Shown in pieces: positions 8,931 to 17,440 of a stretch of 32,000 bases of DNA; within the stretch, counting starts at the first letter, position 1, and the number at the start of each line of letters is the position of its first letter. Source of the stretch: Acaryochloris marina MBIC11017 (GTDB lineage: Bacteria; Cyanobacteriota; Cyanobacteriia; Thermosynechococcales; Thermosynechococcaceae). The DNA lies in the NCBI RefSeq assembly GCF_000018105.1, contig NC_009925.1:5820001-5852000 (forward strand), given 5' to 3'. The notes beneath the pieces were generated by a model, which was not told where the DNA came from, ran no database searches, and was given only the letters and a program-made list of their open reading frames with translations. The position numbers and the translations under genes were made by a program.

Positions 8931-9914
8931 ATGACCATCATTACTTGCGACCATCTTGAAAAAGTTTATCCAGTTGCCATTAAGGAACCCGGATTTAAAG
9001 GCACTCTATCTCACTTTTTTCAACGACAACATCGCCTTGTCAAAGCAGTACAATCCGTCACCTTTGAGGTTGAACCCGGAGAGGTTGTTGGTTTTTTAGG
9101 TCCGAATGGTGCAGGCAAAACCACAACCTTAAAAATGTTGACCGGTTTGATCCATCCTTCGGGGGGGCAGGTGAACGTCGCTGGCCAAATTCCGTTCCGA
9201 CGTAGCTCGGCTTTCCTAGAAAAGATCACCTTGGTCATGGGCCAAAAACAGCAGCTGTTATGGGACTTGCCGGCTTTAGATTCCTTGCGGATCAATGCAG
9301 CCGTTTATAAAATCAGCCCCCGTGAGTTTCAGTATCGAGTCGACGAGCTGTCTGAGATGCTGTCTTTAGGGGGAAAGCTTACTCAACCCGTGCGTAAGCT
9401 TTCCCTCGGAGAGCGGATGAAGGCAGAGCTACTGGCTGCCCTCTTGCATCGCCCCCAGGTCCTTTTTCTCGATGAGCCGACCCTTGGTCTAGATGTCAAT
9501 GCTCAAGTCAGCGTTCGTGAGTTTCTCCGGCAATACAACCACCGCTACGATGCTACGATTTTGCTGACCAGTCACTATATGGCAGATATTACAGCCCTCT
9601 GCGATCGCGTTCTCTTAATCCATCAAGGTCAACTTATTTATGATGGGGGCCTCAATCAGTTAATGAATCGCTTTGCTCCCTATCGAGAAGTCAAGTTAGA
9701 ACTCATGCAAACGCCCGATCCCATAACCTTGGAACAATATGGCGAAGTTGAAGAAATCACTGGACGAGAAATTCGCTTACTCGTCCGTCGGGAAACTTTG
9801 ACCCACACCGTCTCCCAAATTTTGGCCAATCTCCAGGTACTGGACTTAACCATTACAGATCCTCCCATCGAGGAAATTATTCGGCGAGTCTTTCAATCGG
9901 GCAAAGTCACATGA
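8931..9914 (+). CDS. ABC transporter ATP-binding protein
   Basis: Walker A GPNGAGKTT, signature LSLGERMK, Walker B VLFLDEPTLGLD and an H-loop SH are all present. The stop overlaps the next gene's start (ATGA at 9911-9914). Confidence 0.9.
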   Translation: MTIITCDHLEKVYPVAIKEPGFKGTLSHFFQRQHRLVKAVQSVTFEVEPGEVVGFLGPNGAGKTTTLKMLTGLIHPSGGQVNVAGQIPFRRSSAFLEKITLVMGQKQQLLWDLPALDSLRINAAVYKISPREFQYRVDELSEMLSLGGKLTQPVRKLSLGERMKAELLAALLHRPQVLFLDEPTLGLDVNAQVSVREFLRQYNHRYDATILLTSHYMADITALCDRVLLIHQGQLIYDGGLNQLMNRFAPYREVKLELMQTPDPITLEQYGEVEEITGREIRLLVRRETLTHTVSQILANLQVLDLTITDPPIEEIIRRVFQSGKVT

Positions 9915-10699
9915 GTGCTGTCCTCCGCAAAATCACGACCTTCTTGACCGTCTATTACGCTTATATGTTGGAATACCGAGCAGAATTGCTGCTATGGGTA
10001 TTAGCCAACTCACTCCCTCTAATCATGATGGGAGTCTGGTCTCAAGCCGCTACAGAGGGGCAATTTCCCCTCACAGCCCTAGACTTTGCTCGCTATTTTA
10101 TCTCTGTCTTTATTGTTCGGCAATTTACTATCGTTTGGGTGATTTGGGACTTTGAGCGGGAAATCGTCGAAGGCAAACTTTCTCCTCGATTACTCCAACC
10201 CATCGATCCCGTCTGGCACCATGTCGCTGGCCATGTATCTGAGCGATTGGCCCGCCTTCCCTTTTCCGCCGGATTAGTCATTCTATTTTTCGTTCTTTAT
10301 CCTCAAGCCTTCTGGTGGCCTAGCCCCCTGGGCTTGGTTTGGGGGTGCTTGGCAACAGCCTTAGCCTTTATTCTGCGCTTTATTATTCAATACACCTTTG
10401 CCATATTTGCGTTTTGGGCTGAACGGGCCACGGCGATTGAACAACTATGGTTTTTATTTTATTTGTTCCTATCGGGAATGATTGCTCCCCTCGATTTATT
10501 CCCGCAAGCGGTTCAGGCGGTTGTGGTGTGGACCCCCTTCCCTTATCTCATCTATTTCCCTGTTAGCCTCTTAATCGGACTGCCAACGCCTATTGCTAAG
10601 GGCTTTGGTATCATGCTGGCCTGGTGTGTGTTGGGCCTAGTAATGAATCGCTGGCTGTGGCGTCGAGGCATCAAACATTACTCAGGAATGGGAGCTTAG
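9911..10699 (+). CDS. ABC-2-type transporter permease
   Basis: 262 aa with about 6 hydrophobic helices. It is translationally coupled to the ATPase gene. Its composition and length fit the ABC-2 permease family. Confidence 0.75.
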   Translation: MSAVLRKITTFLTVYYAYMLEYRAELLLWVLANSLPLIMMGVWSQAATEGQFPLTALDFARYFISVFIVRQFTIVWVIWDFEREIVEGKLSPRLLQPIDPVWHHVAGHVSERLARLPFSAGLVILFFVLYPQAFWWPSPLGLVWGCLATALAFILRFIIQYTFAIFAFWAERATAIEQLWFLFYLFLSGMIAPLDLFPQAVQAVVVWTPFPYLIYFPVSLLIGLPTPIAKGFGIMLAWCVLGLVMNRWLWRRGIKHYSGMGA

Positions 10700-10703
10700 G
10701 GTC

Positions 10704-11750
10704 TCAAGCAGCAATGGCTTGAGTAATAGCTTGAGCCATCGCTTGGGAATCAACCCCTTCAAAACCAACGGGATTTAAATCAGCAGTCGTATCGACATGG
10801 CTTGCAACCACAGCCTCCACTGCGGCCTGTAATCTTTGAGCAGCCTCCTGTTCTCCTAAATGGCGCAACATTAGCGCACCGGCTAGGATGAGCGAGGTCG
10901 GATCATGCCCCACGTCATCTGTGCCCGTTGATTGGGCACCAAACACTGCATATTTATCGCCGACATGCGCAATCGGTACACTCAATCCACCTACCATGCC
11001 AGCACAGAGATGGGCAAGCAAATCACCATATAAATTTGGCATCACCAGCACATCAAATCTTTCGGGTTTCTGCATTAATTCCTGGCATATCACCTCTATG
11101 GAGCGATCCGCAAACGCTATGTCTGGAAACTCTTGGGCAATATCACGGGCAATCTCAAGAAAAAGACCGTCTGTATGGGCCATAAAATGCGCTTGATGAA
11201 CCGCAATCACTTGGTGCCGTTTGGTCTTTCGAGCATAATTAAAGGCAAATTCAATGATTTGACCACAGCCTTTAACGGAAATCGGTTTAATGCCTACCGC
11301 AGCATCTTCTCGTATTCGTTTGCCAGACAGTTTTGACAGAAAAGAACGAGCATCTGCAGCTTCTACTGAAGTGCGCTCAAATTCGATGCCAGCATAGATT
11401 CCCTCTGTCGTTTCTCGCACAATCATTATGTCAACATTCTGATAATTGCTGGGAATCCCCACCATCGTTTTTGCGGGTCGCAAGTTGACATAAAGATCTA
11501 GCTTTTCCCGGATGTCTGCTTCCATCTGACGATAATTATCCGGCATCATCAATGGTCCAATGACAGCAGTTTTAGCCGTTCGGATAATATCAAAAATATA
11601 GTTCGGTAATAGACCCTGCTGATCCTCTCCACCGATATCGACAATCTGCCAAGTAATGTCGACCCCTGTTGCAGCAATAGCCATCTGCAAGGCATTCGTC
11701 ACCTGCGCCCCTAGTTCCCCCTCCTGAATCAAGACCACCGGATATCCCAT
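10704..11750 (-). CDS. Isocitrate/isopropylmalate dehydrogenase-fold protein with substituted catalytic motifs
   Basis: 348 aa. The fold markers NLRPAK, IVRETTEGIYAG and ERFDVLVMPNLYGD are retained. By-eye alignment shows several substitutions: PGDGIGPEV -> QEGELGAQV, DKANV -> HQAHF, VD -> IE, GDILSD -> GDLLAH and HGSAPDIAG -> QSTGTDDVG. Confidence 0.8.
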   Translation of the reverse strand: MGYPVVLIQEGELGAQVTNALQMAIAATGVDITWQIVDIGGEDQQGLLPNYIFDIIRTAKTAVIGPLMMPDNYRQMEADIREKLDLYVNLRPAKTMVGIPSNYQNVDIMIVRETTEGIYAGIEFERTSVEAADARSFLSKLSGKRIREDAAVGIKPISVKGCGQIIEFAFNYARKTKRHQVIAVHQAHFMAHTDGLFLEIARDIAQEFPDIAFADRSIEVICQELMQKPERFDVLVMPNLYGDLLAHLCAGMVGGLSVPIAHVGDKYAVFGAQSTGTDDVGHDPTSLILAGALMLRHLGEQEAAQRLQAAVEAVVASHVDTTADLNPVGFEGVDSQAMAQAITQAIAA

Positions 11751-11756
11751 TTACTT

Positions 11757-11876
11757 ATCCCCCTCAATTTAGGACTTTAGCCGCGATCGTTCATCATCCG
11801 AATCTAGTTAACACTTGCACAGGCACCCTATTCCTGTCCTCGTAACCTCACCCCAAAATACTTCTTTGAGGGGGAT
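11757..11876. promoter_or_regulatory. 11-bp perfect inverted repeat (ATCCCCCTCAA / TTGAGGGGGAT) bracketing the divergent IDH-paralog/icd control region
   Basis: The arms lie at 11757-11767 and 11866-11876, 98 nt apart. On the minus-strand mRNA the proximal arm reads TTGAGGGGGAT and contains the SD-like GAGGGGGA 7 nt before the ATG at 11750. The distal arm is its exact complement. Confidence 0.4.
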
Positions 11877-11969
11877 ACACTGATATACTCCACCAGGAAA
11901 CGCTTGGTCACCTTACTATTAGGTTACCCATACAGCTGGTCAAGGTGCTGCAACCTTTAGAGAAGATAC

Positions 11970-14219
11970 ATGTCCCCAAAAAAAGCCACAAGAATCATCT
12001 ATACCCACACGGACGAAGCCCCCGCCTTAGCCACCTATTCTTTCCTGCCTATTGTCGAAGTTTTTACCCAAGTAGCCGGTATTGAGGTGGAAACGAGGGA
12101 CATCTCCCTAGCTGGACGCATTATTGCGAGTTTCCCCGAGAAGCTAACTGCTGACCAACAGCAACTCGATAATCTAGCTTACTTAGGAGATCTGGCAAAA
12201 ACTCCTGAAGCGATTATCATCAAACTCCCCAATATCAGTGCCTCTATCCCCCAATTAACTGCCGCGATCCAGGAGTTACAGGCCAAAGGGTATAACATTC
12301 CTGATTACCCAGCCAGTCCTCAAAATGAGCAGGAAATCACGATCAAAAACCGGTATGCCAAGGTTCTGGGAAGCGCAGTTAATCCAGTTTTAAGAGAGGG
12401 GAATTCAGATCGGCGAGTGGCTGCAGCCGTCAAACAATATGCCCAGAAAAACCCTCACTCTGTCGGTCCTTGGACATCCGATTCGAAATCTCATGTGGCT
12501 CACATGGATACTGGTGACTTTTATGGCACTGAGCAATCTGTTGTGATCAGCCAATCAGGACAGGTCAAAATTCAGTTAGTAAGAGAAGACCATTCTCTGC
12601 AAGTTTTGAAAGAGAATGTCCATGTTCTTGAAGGCGAAGTCATTGACGCAGCAGTAATGCAGGTACAGGCGTTAAGAGCCTTTTATGAACAGGAGATCAA
12701 GGCAGCAAAGGCTGAAGGCATCCTCTTGTCTTTACATGTCAAGGCCACCATGATGAAAGTCTCTGACCCGATCTTATTTGGCCATGCTTTAACCACTTAC
12801 TACCAGGGTGTATTTACTGAATATGCTGATACATTTCAGGCGCTTGGGGTCAATGCCAACAATGGATTAGGCGATCTTTTTTCCAAGATTCAAACCTTGC
12901 CAGATTCAGAACGCTCAGCCATCACAACAGCTTTTAAGACGGCAGAACAATCTGGTCCACCCCTGGCCATGGTTAATTCTGATCTGGGCATATCAAATTT
13001 CCATGTCCCCAGCGATGTCATCATTGATGCATCTATGGCGGCTGCCATTCGGAACTCCGGCAAAATGTGGGGGCCCGATGGTCAACTCCATGATACGAAG
13101 GCGATGATCCCCGATCGCAGTTACGCAACCATGTATCAAGAATGCATCAAATTCTGCCAAGAACATGGCGCTTTTGATGTCCAAACCATGGGAAATGTTG
13201 CCAATGTAGGGTTAATGGCTCAGAAGGCTGAAGAATATGGTTCCCATGATAAGACCTTTGAAATTCCTGCTGACGGGACTGTCCAGGTCATAGATCAGAC
13301 GGGGCAAATTTTAATGGAGCACTCGGTCCAGAAAGGGGACATTTGGCGCATGTGCCAAACTAAAGATATTCCCATCCAAGACTGGGTAAAATTGGCGGTT
13401 AATCGAGCCAAAGCTACAGGTTCTCCAACTATTTTCTGGTTAGATCCGGATCGGGCTCATGATGCAAACCTTATCCATAAGGTGCAGCAATATTTGGCTC
13501 AATATGACATGACGGATCTAGATATTCGGATCATGTCTCCCGTTGATGCCATGTGCTTTACCTGTGAACAGATTAAAGGTGGCCAAGACGTCATTTCGGC
13601 TACCGGGAATGTCTTACGGGACTACCTTACGGATTTGTTCCCCATTCTAGAATTAGGAACAAGCGCCAAAATGCTATCCATTGTTCCCCTACTCGCTGGA
13701 GGCGGATTATTTGAAACTGGCGCAGGGGGCTCTGCTCCCAAGCATGTTCAACAGTTTCTGAAAGAAGGGCATTTACGATGGGATTCTTTAGGAGAATTTC
13801 TGGCTTTGGCTGCAACTCTGGAAGATTTAGGACATAAGACCAGTAATAAAAATGCTCTAGCTTTAGCGACAGCACTCAATCAGGCGAATAGCCAATATCT
13901 AGAACAAGCTAAATCCCCTTCCCGTGCTGTCCACGAGTTAGACAACCGGGGGAGCCATTTCTATTTAGCCCTCTACTGGGCTCAAGCTTTGGCCGAGCAA
14001 GATCAAAATCCTGCTTTCAAAACTCTGTTTATGGACTTATTCCAACAGCTCAGCGAGCACAAAGAGACTATTTTGGCCGAGCTTAATGCTCTCCAGGGCC
14101 ATCCAACAGAGATTGGTGGGTATTACTTGCCAGATACAGAAAAAACTTGCCAAGCCATGCGTCCAAGCCAAACTTTGAATCGGATTTTGGCCTCATACCT
14201 TAAGAACAGCCCAGGATAG
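11970..14219 (+). CDS. icd: NADP-dependent isocitrate dehydrogenase, monomeric type
   Basis: 749 aa, collinear with the ~740-aa monomeric IDH of the Azotobacter/Corynebacterium type. Shared blocks include [99 protein letters not shown] and [48 protein letters not shown]. Confidence 0.95.
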   Translation: MSPKKATRIIYTHTDEAPALATYSFLPIVEVFTQVAGIEVETRDISLAGRIIASFPEKLTADQQQLDNLAYLGDLAKTPEAIIIKLPNISASIPQLTAAIQELQAKGYNIPDYPASPQNEQEITIKNRYAKVLGSAVNPVLREGNSDRRVAAAVKQYAQKNPHSVGPWTSDSKSHVAHMDTGDFYGTEQSVVISQSGQVKIQLVREDHSLQVLKENVHVLEGEVIDAAVMQVQALRAFYEQEIKAAKAEGILLSLHVKATMMKVSDPILFGHALTTYYQGVFTEYADTFQALGVNANNGLGDLFSKIQTLPDSERSAITTAFKTAEQSGPPLAMVNSDLGISNFHVPSDVIIDASMAAAIRNSGKMWGPDGQLHDTKAMIPDRSYATMYQECIKFCQEHGAFDVQTMGNVANVGLMAQKAEEYGSHDKTFEIPADGTVQVIDQTGQILMEHSVQKGDIWRMCQTKDIPIQDWVKLAVNRAKATGSPTIFWLDPDRAHDANLIHKVQQYLAQYDMTDLDIRIMSPVDAMCFTCEQIKGGQDVISATGNVLRDYLTDLFPILELGTSAKMLSIVPLLAGGGLFETGAGGSAPKHVQQFLKEGHLRWDSLGEFLALAATLEDLGHKTSNKNALALATALNQANSQYLEQAKSPSRAVHELDNRGSHFYLALYWAQALAEQDQNPAFKTLFMDLFQQLSEHKETILAELNALQGHPTEIGGYYLPDTEKTCQAMRPSQTLNRILASYLKNSPG

Positions 14220-14319
14220 GAGATTTTTATCGCTCACCCACTTCCTCCTTGAATTAAGTCCTGGTTTTAAGGAGACCATTAAAGTTTTTTGTCGTTACAC
14301 AGCTTTTGATGGGCATTCT

Positions 14320-14413
14320 AGAACCGGAAGGTTCTGGGATAAGCCTAACAGTTTATCCCAGACCTACTGCTCCCAAACTCACTGTGTCAGAATCTTGTAT
14401 TCTGCGCAGTGAG
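14320..14413. other. Three consecutive stem-loops in the convergent icd/kinase spacer
   Basis: Stem-loop 1 is AGAACC-GGAA-GGTTCT (14320-14335). Stem-loop 2 is CTGGGATAA (14334-14342), a 10-nt loop, then TTATCCCAG (14353-14361). Stem-loop 3 is CTCACTG-TGT-CAGAAT-CTTGT-ATTCTG-CG-CAGTGAG (14378-14413). None is followed by a clear U-tract. Confidence 0.45.
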
Positions 14414-14461
14414 TTAAGATTACATCCTTTATATACCTTTGCCAGTTTTTGGCAACCTAAA

Positions 14462-16525
14462 TTACCATAACGGTTCATTGTTATTGGATTGCCCTGAGCC
14501 GGGTCCCCAAAGAGGCTCTTGCCGTCGCGGCGCGGGAGCTGGAGCGGGGCGCGGTGCAGGTCTAGGTGCTGCCCTTGGCACTGGGGCCGGAGCTGGACGA
14601 GGTGCTACATAAGTCGACCGTTGAGGAGGCACATAAGCTGGTGTAGATCGAGCCGGTACTGATGCAGCTTGGGCAGCTTGAGCGGCCTCCAATTTTCGCT
14701 GAGCCTCTGCAGCCGCCGCAATTTTCTTCTGTCGCTGTCCATTTAAAGCTTTTAGTTGCTTATCAAAGTCTTTTTGTTTGGCTTCAACCTGTGATGCAAC
14801 TAGAGTGTCTTTCGGAACATCTTTGAGTAGCTTGATAGCTTTCGCCCATTCCGCTTTGTGTTGATCGAGGGTCGCAACAGAGTCATCGCTTTTAGCCTTC
14901 TTTTGCACCGCTTGGGCAATGGTTGTTGCCTTCTTGAAGGTTTCGTCCGCTTTGTTCTCTGTCTGAATCCGAGTTGAGATGGCTGTGCTCTCAGCTTGGT
15001 ACTCGGCTATGGCCTTTTTAGCATCATCGTAAACCTTGACATTTTTAGGAATTTTTTTGAGCTCTGCAATGGCATCATCCATCTCTTTCAGGGCCGATTG
15101 GAGATCATCAATGGTTTTAGCCTGTTGCTCGCGAGTTTCTGCAGACTTGGCATCCTCAACGGCTTCGTCGAAGGTCGCTTTAAATTGAATGTCTTGAGAA
15201 CAGTTATTTAGGACAGTGCAAACAGATTGAAGGTGGGGGGAGGTAAAGGCCAACGCCGTCCCACCCATTAACAGGGCTACCAACCCTCCAGTCAACACTT
15301 TAGTTCGACTCAATCCATTCGTTTTTTGGGGAGATCTGGGAGAGACTGCAACGGTTTCTGGAGGCATGGCCCCAGGAAGATTTGCCGCAGATGTCTGTGG
15401 AGTCGTGGGGATGGGATCAGCCTGTTGAGCGGTGTCTCCTATTTGTGGCAACCCGTTAGAGGTATCTAAATTAGGAACATTGGTAGATTGTTGAGCCGTT
15501 GTTTCTAATTGCTGAACCGTATTGTCTGTTTGGGCCGTTGTTTCTAATTGCTGAACGGTATTGTCTACAGCAGGCAAGGGCTGTACGGGATTGCCCGCTC
15601 CCTGACGGAGATTGACTACTGTTTCAGGCAAATTATCCACGGGAGGGGGTGGCGAGACTTCTGCCTCTCGCGCTGCTATTAAACTTTGAACGGCCAATAA
15701 AGCATCATTTGCAGACCGATACCGCTGACGGTAATCGTAAAGCACCATCTTTTCTAATAAGGTGGCGAAGGCAGGCGATACGGAAACGCGATCGCGCCAA
15801 GCAATTTCCCCTGTATTCTCATCTTCGGGCAACTCACCAAAAGAAGGACGCAACCCCGTCAAAGCCTGCAAGGCAATGATTCCCACCGCATAGACATCAC
15901 TACACAGGCGGGGTTGTCCCCGGAATTGTTCACTCGGCATATATCCCGATGTACCGATGAGGACGGTACGAGGCATTTGGGTTGCCGATTCTGCAATTTG
16001 GGTGGTGACCTGTTTTACCGCCCCAAAATCAATCAATACCAGTTTGCGATCGCTCTGACGCCGAATTAAATTAGAGGGCTTAATATCCCGATGAATAACC
16101 TGCTTATCGTGCACAAAGGACAACACTTCTAGGATGTCATGCAGCAGTTCAATCACCGTTTCTTCATCTAACTGCTGGCCTGGAACTAACTCATCCGCCA
16201 GACTTTCCCCTTCTACATATTCTTCCGCTAGGTAGAACTCTTCTCCATCTTCAAAGTGAGCCAGCAACCGAGGAATTTGAGGATGGTCTCCGAGCTGGTG
16301 CAGTACCTTCGCTTCCGAATCAAACAATCGTCGCACAGTATGCAGCAAAGCCGGCTCATGGGAACCGGTTTTAAGCTTCTTGACCACACACTGAGGAGAG
16401 TCAGGTAAATGGGTATCTTCAGCTAAGAACGTTTCGCCAAAGCCACCTTCTGCTAATGGTTTAACAACGGAATAGCGTCCTGCCAGTTTGCGTCCTAACA
16501 TAGGATGGATCTCAGCGTCTAACAA
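14462..16525 (-). CDS. Transmembrane Hanks-type Ser/Thr protein kinase with a coiled ectodomain and Pro-rich tail
   Basis: Kinase motifs are GGFGETF, VVKKL, HRDIKPSNL, DFGAVK and SGYMPSEQ. A single TM helix (VLTGGLVALLMGGTALAF) follows a P/T/Q-rich linker. The K/A/E/Q-rich ectodomain ends in PAPAPVPRAAPRPAPRPAPAPAPRR and a duplicated EPLW. An alternative start is the Met at 16501. Confidence 0.9.
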   Translation of the reverse strand: MLDAEIHPMLGRKLAGRYSVVKPLAEGGFGETFLAEDTHLPDSPQCVVKKLKTGSHEPALLHTVRRLFDSEAKVLHQLGDHPQIPRLLAHFEDGEEFYLAEEYVEGESLADELVPGQQLDEETVIELLHDILEVLSFVHDKQVIHRDIKPSNLIRRQSDRKLVLIDFGAVKQVTTQIAESATQMPRTVLIGTSGYMPSEQFRGQPRLCSDVYAVGIIALQALTGLRPSFGELPEDENTGEIAWRDRVSVSPAFATLLEKMVLYDYRQRYRSANDALLAVQSLIAAREAEVSPPPPVDNLPETVVNLRQGAGNPVQPLPAVDNTVQQLETTAQTDNTVQQLETTAQQSTNVPNLDTSNGLPQIGDTAQQADPIPTTPQTSAANLPGAMPPETVAVSPRSPQKTNGLSRTKVLTGGLVALLMGGTALAFTSPHLQSVCTVLNNCSQDIQFKATFDEAVEDAKSAETREQQAKTIDDLQSALKEMDDAIAELKKIPKNVKVYDDAKKAIAEYQAESTAISTRIQTENKADETFKKATTIAQAVQKKAKSDDSVATLDQHKAEWAKAIKLLKDVPKDTLVASQVEAKQKDFDKQLKALNGQRQKKIAAAAEAQRKLEAAQAAQAASVPARSTPAYVPPQRSTYVAPRPAPAPVPRAAPRPAPRPAPAPAPRRQEPLWGPGSGQSNNNEPLW
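15495..15566. repeat. Tandem duplication with a 39-bp period inside the kinase linker
   Basis: GCCGTTGTTTCTAATTGCTGAAC[C/G]GTATTGTCT occurs at 15495-15527 and 15534-15566 with one mismatch. It encodes DNTVQQLETTAQT / DNTVQQLETTAQQ. Confidence 0.9.
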
Positions 16526-16544
16526 CGATGTGAAACAATGAAGG

Positions 16545-17180
16545 GTGTTTCTTTACAGAACACGAACTGTGTCACTCTCGGTAATCACTCTAGCACCAAC
16601 CACAGGCCAACCGCCCGTAGGTCTTTTCGTGGCTTTACATGGATGGGGATCTAACGCTGAAGATTTAGCGTCACTCGCACCCTATCTCAATTTGCCAACC
16701 TACCAATTTTGTTTTCCCAACGCCCCATTACCCCACCCTCATGCCCCTGGTGGATTTATGTGGTATGACCTCAATACTCAAGCTGGCTTGCCCGATAGTC
16801 GACAACTCCTCTTGGATTGGCTGCAAGGGCTAGCCGTAGAAACTCAGGTTCCTTTAGACCGGATTATCCTCGTTGGATTCTCCCAAGGGGGAGCAATGAC
16901 CCTGGACATTGGTGCTCGGTTACCCTTGGCCGGATTAATTTGTCTCAGTGGTTATCTACACCCTTCGATTACCCCTTTATTTAGCCAGAATACTGGGCCT
17001 GTTCTCTTAATCCATGGCCAGCAGGATCCCGTTGTTCCTCTGAGTGCCGCCCAGACCTCAGAACAAGCACTGCGCCAAGCAGGGGTTGCTGTTCAGTACC
17101 ATGAGCTACCCATGGCCCATGAAATCAACCCCGAGGCATTAGGGTTGATTCAAGATTTTGCCGTTTCTCTTGCTCCATAG
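16545..17180 (+). CDS. Phospholipase/carboxylesterase-family alpha/beta hydrolase
   Basis: 211 aa with LFVALHGWGSNAEDL, the nucleophile elbow GFSQGG, and a late HG..D...H arrangement typical of the family. The GTG start at 16545 is uncertain; GTG 16569 is also possible. Confidence 0.8.
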   Translation: MFLYRTRTVSLSVITLAPTTGQPPVGLFVALHGWGSNAEDLASLAPYLNLPTYQFCFPNAPLPHPHAPGGFMWYDLNTQAGLPDSRQLLLDWLQGLAVETQVPLDRIILVGFSQGGAMTLDIGARLPLAGLICLSGYLHPSITPLFSQNTGPVLLIHGQQDPVVPLSAAQTSEQALRQAGVAVQYHELPMAHEINPEALGLIQDFAVSLAP

Positions 17181-17440
17181 AGAGGGCCTTAACGAATCAT
17201 TCAAAGCGAGTTTGGCAGAATTTATCCTAGTTTGAATCGGCTGGGCATAGCCCTGTTAAATTGCCTTAAAACAGAGTAAGGAAAAATTAAATGCAAATTC
17301 CTTTAGAAAACCTCTATAAGCGTGTAACAGCGGTCTGATAGACTTGTAAACTAGTACTTAAAGATACAAAACAAATACAGTCGCAGTTACTTTAAGATAC
17401 AGACGCAAGACACAGTCAGGCATTTAGGAGGAATCTTTGC

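Noticed and set aside
11875-11888. ATA-N8-TAC, an NtcA-like site upstream of icd (cyanobacterial icd is classically NtcA-activated)
   Set aside because: The consensus is GTA-N8-TAC and the essential G is missing. The nearest TAN3T box (TACTAT, 14-nt range 11914-11919) is 25 nt away rather than about 22 nt. I found no exact GTAN8TAC anywhere in 11751-11969.
7519-13875. Short internal or antisense ORFs in gmd, the ABC genes, the IDH paralog and icd (e.g. 7519-7743, 8147-8365, 9020-9295, 9680-9868, 10093-10281, 10888-11336, 12993-13184, 13627-13875)
   Set aside because: They are shadow ORFs inside strongly supported genes.
14996-15879. ORFs 14996-15211(+) and 15649-15879(+), antisense to the kinase gene
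   Set aside because: They are shadow ORFs. The kinase frame carries all the Hanks motifs.
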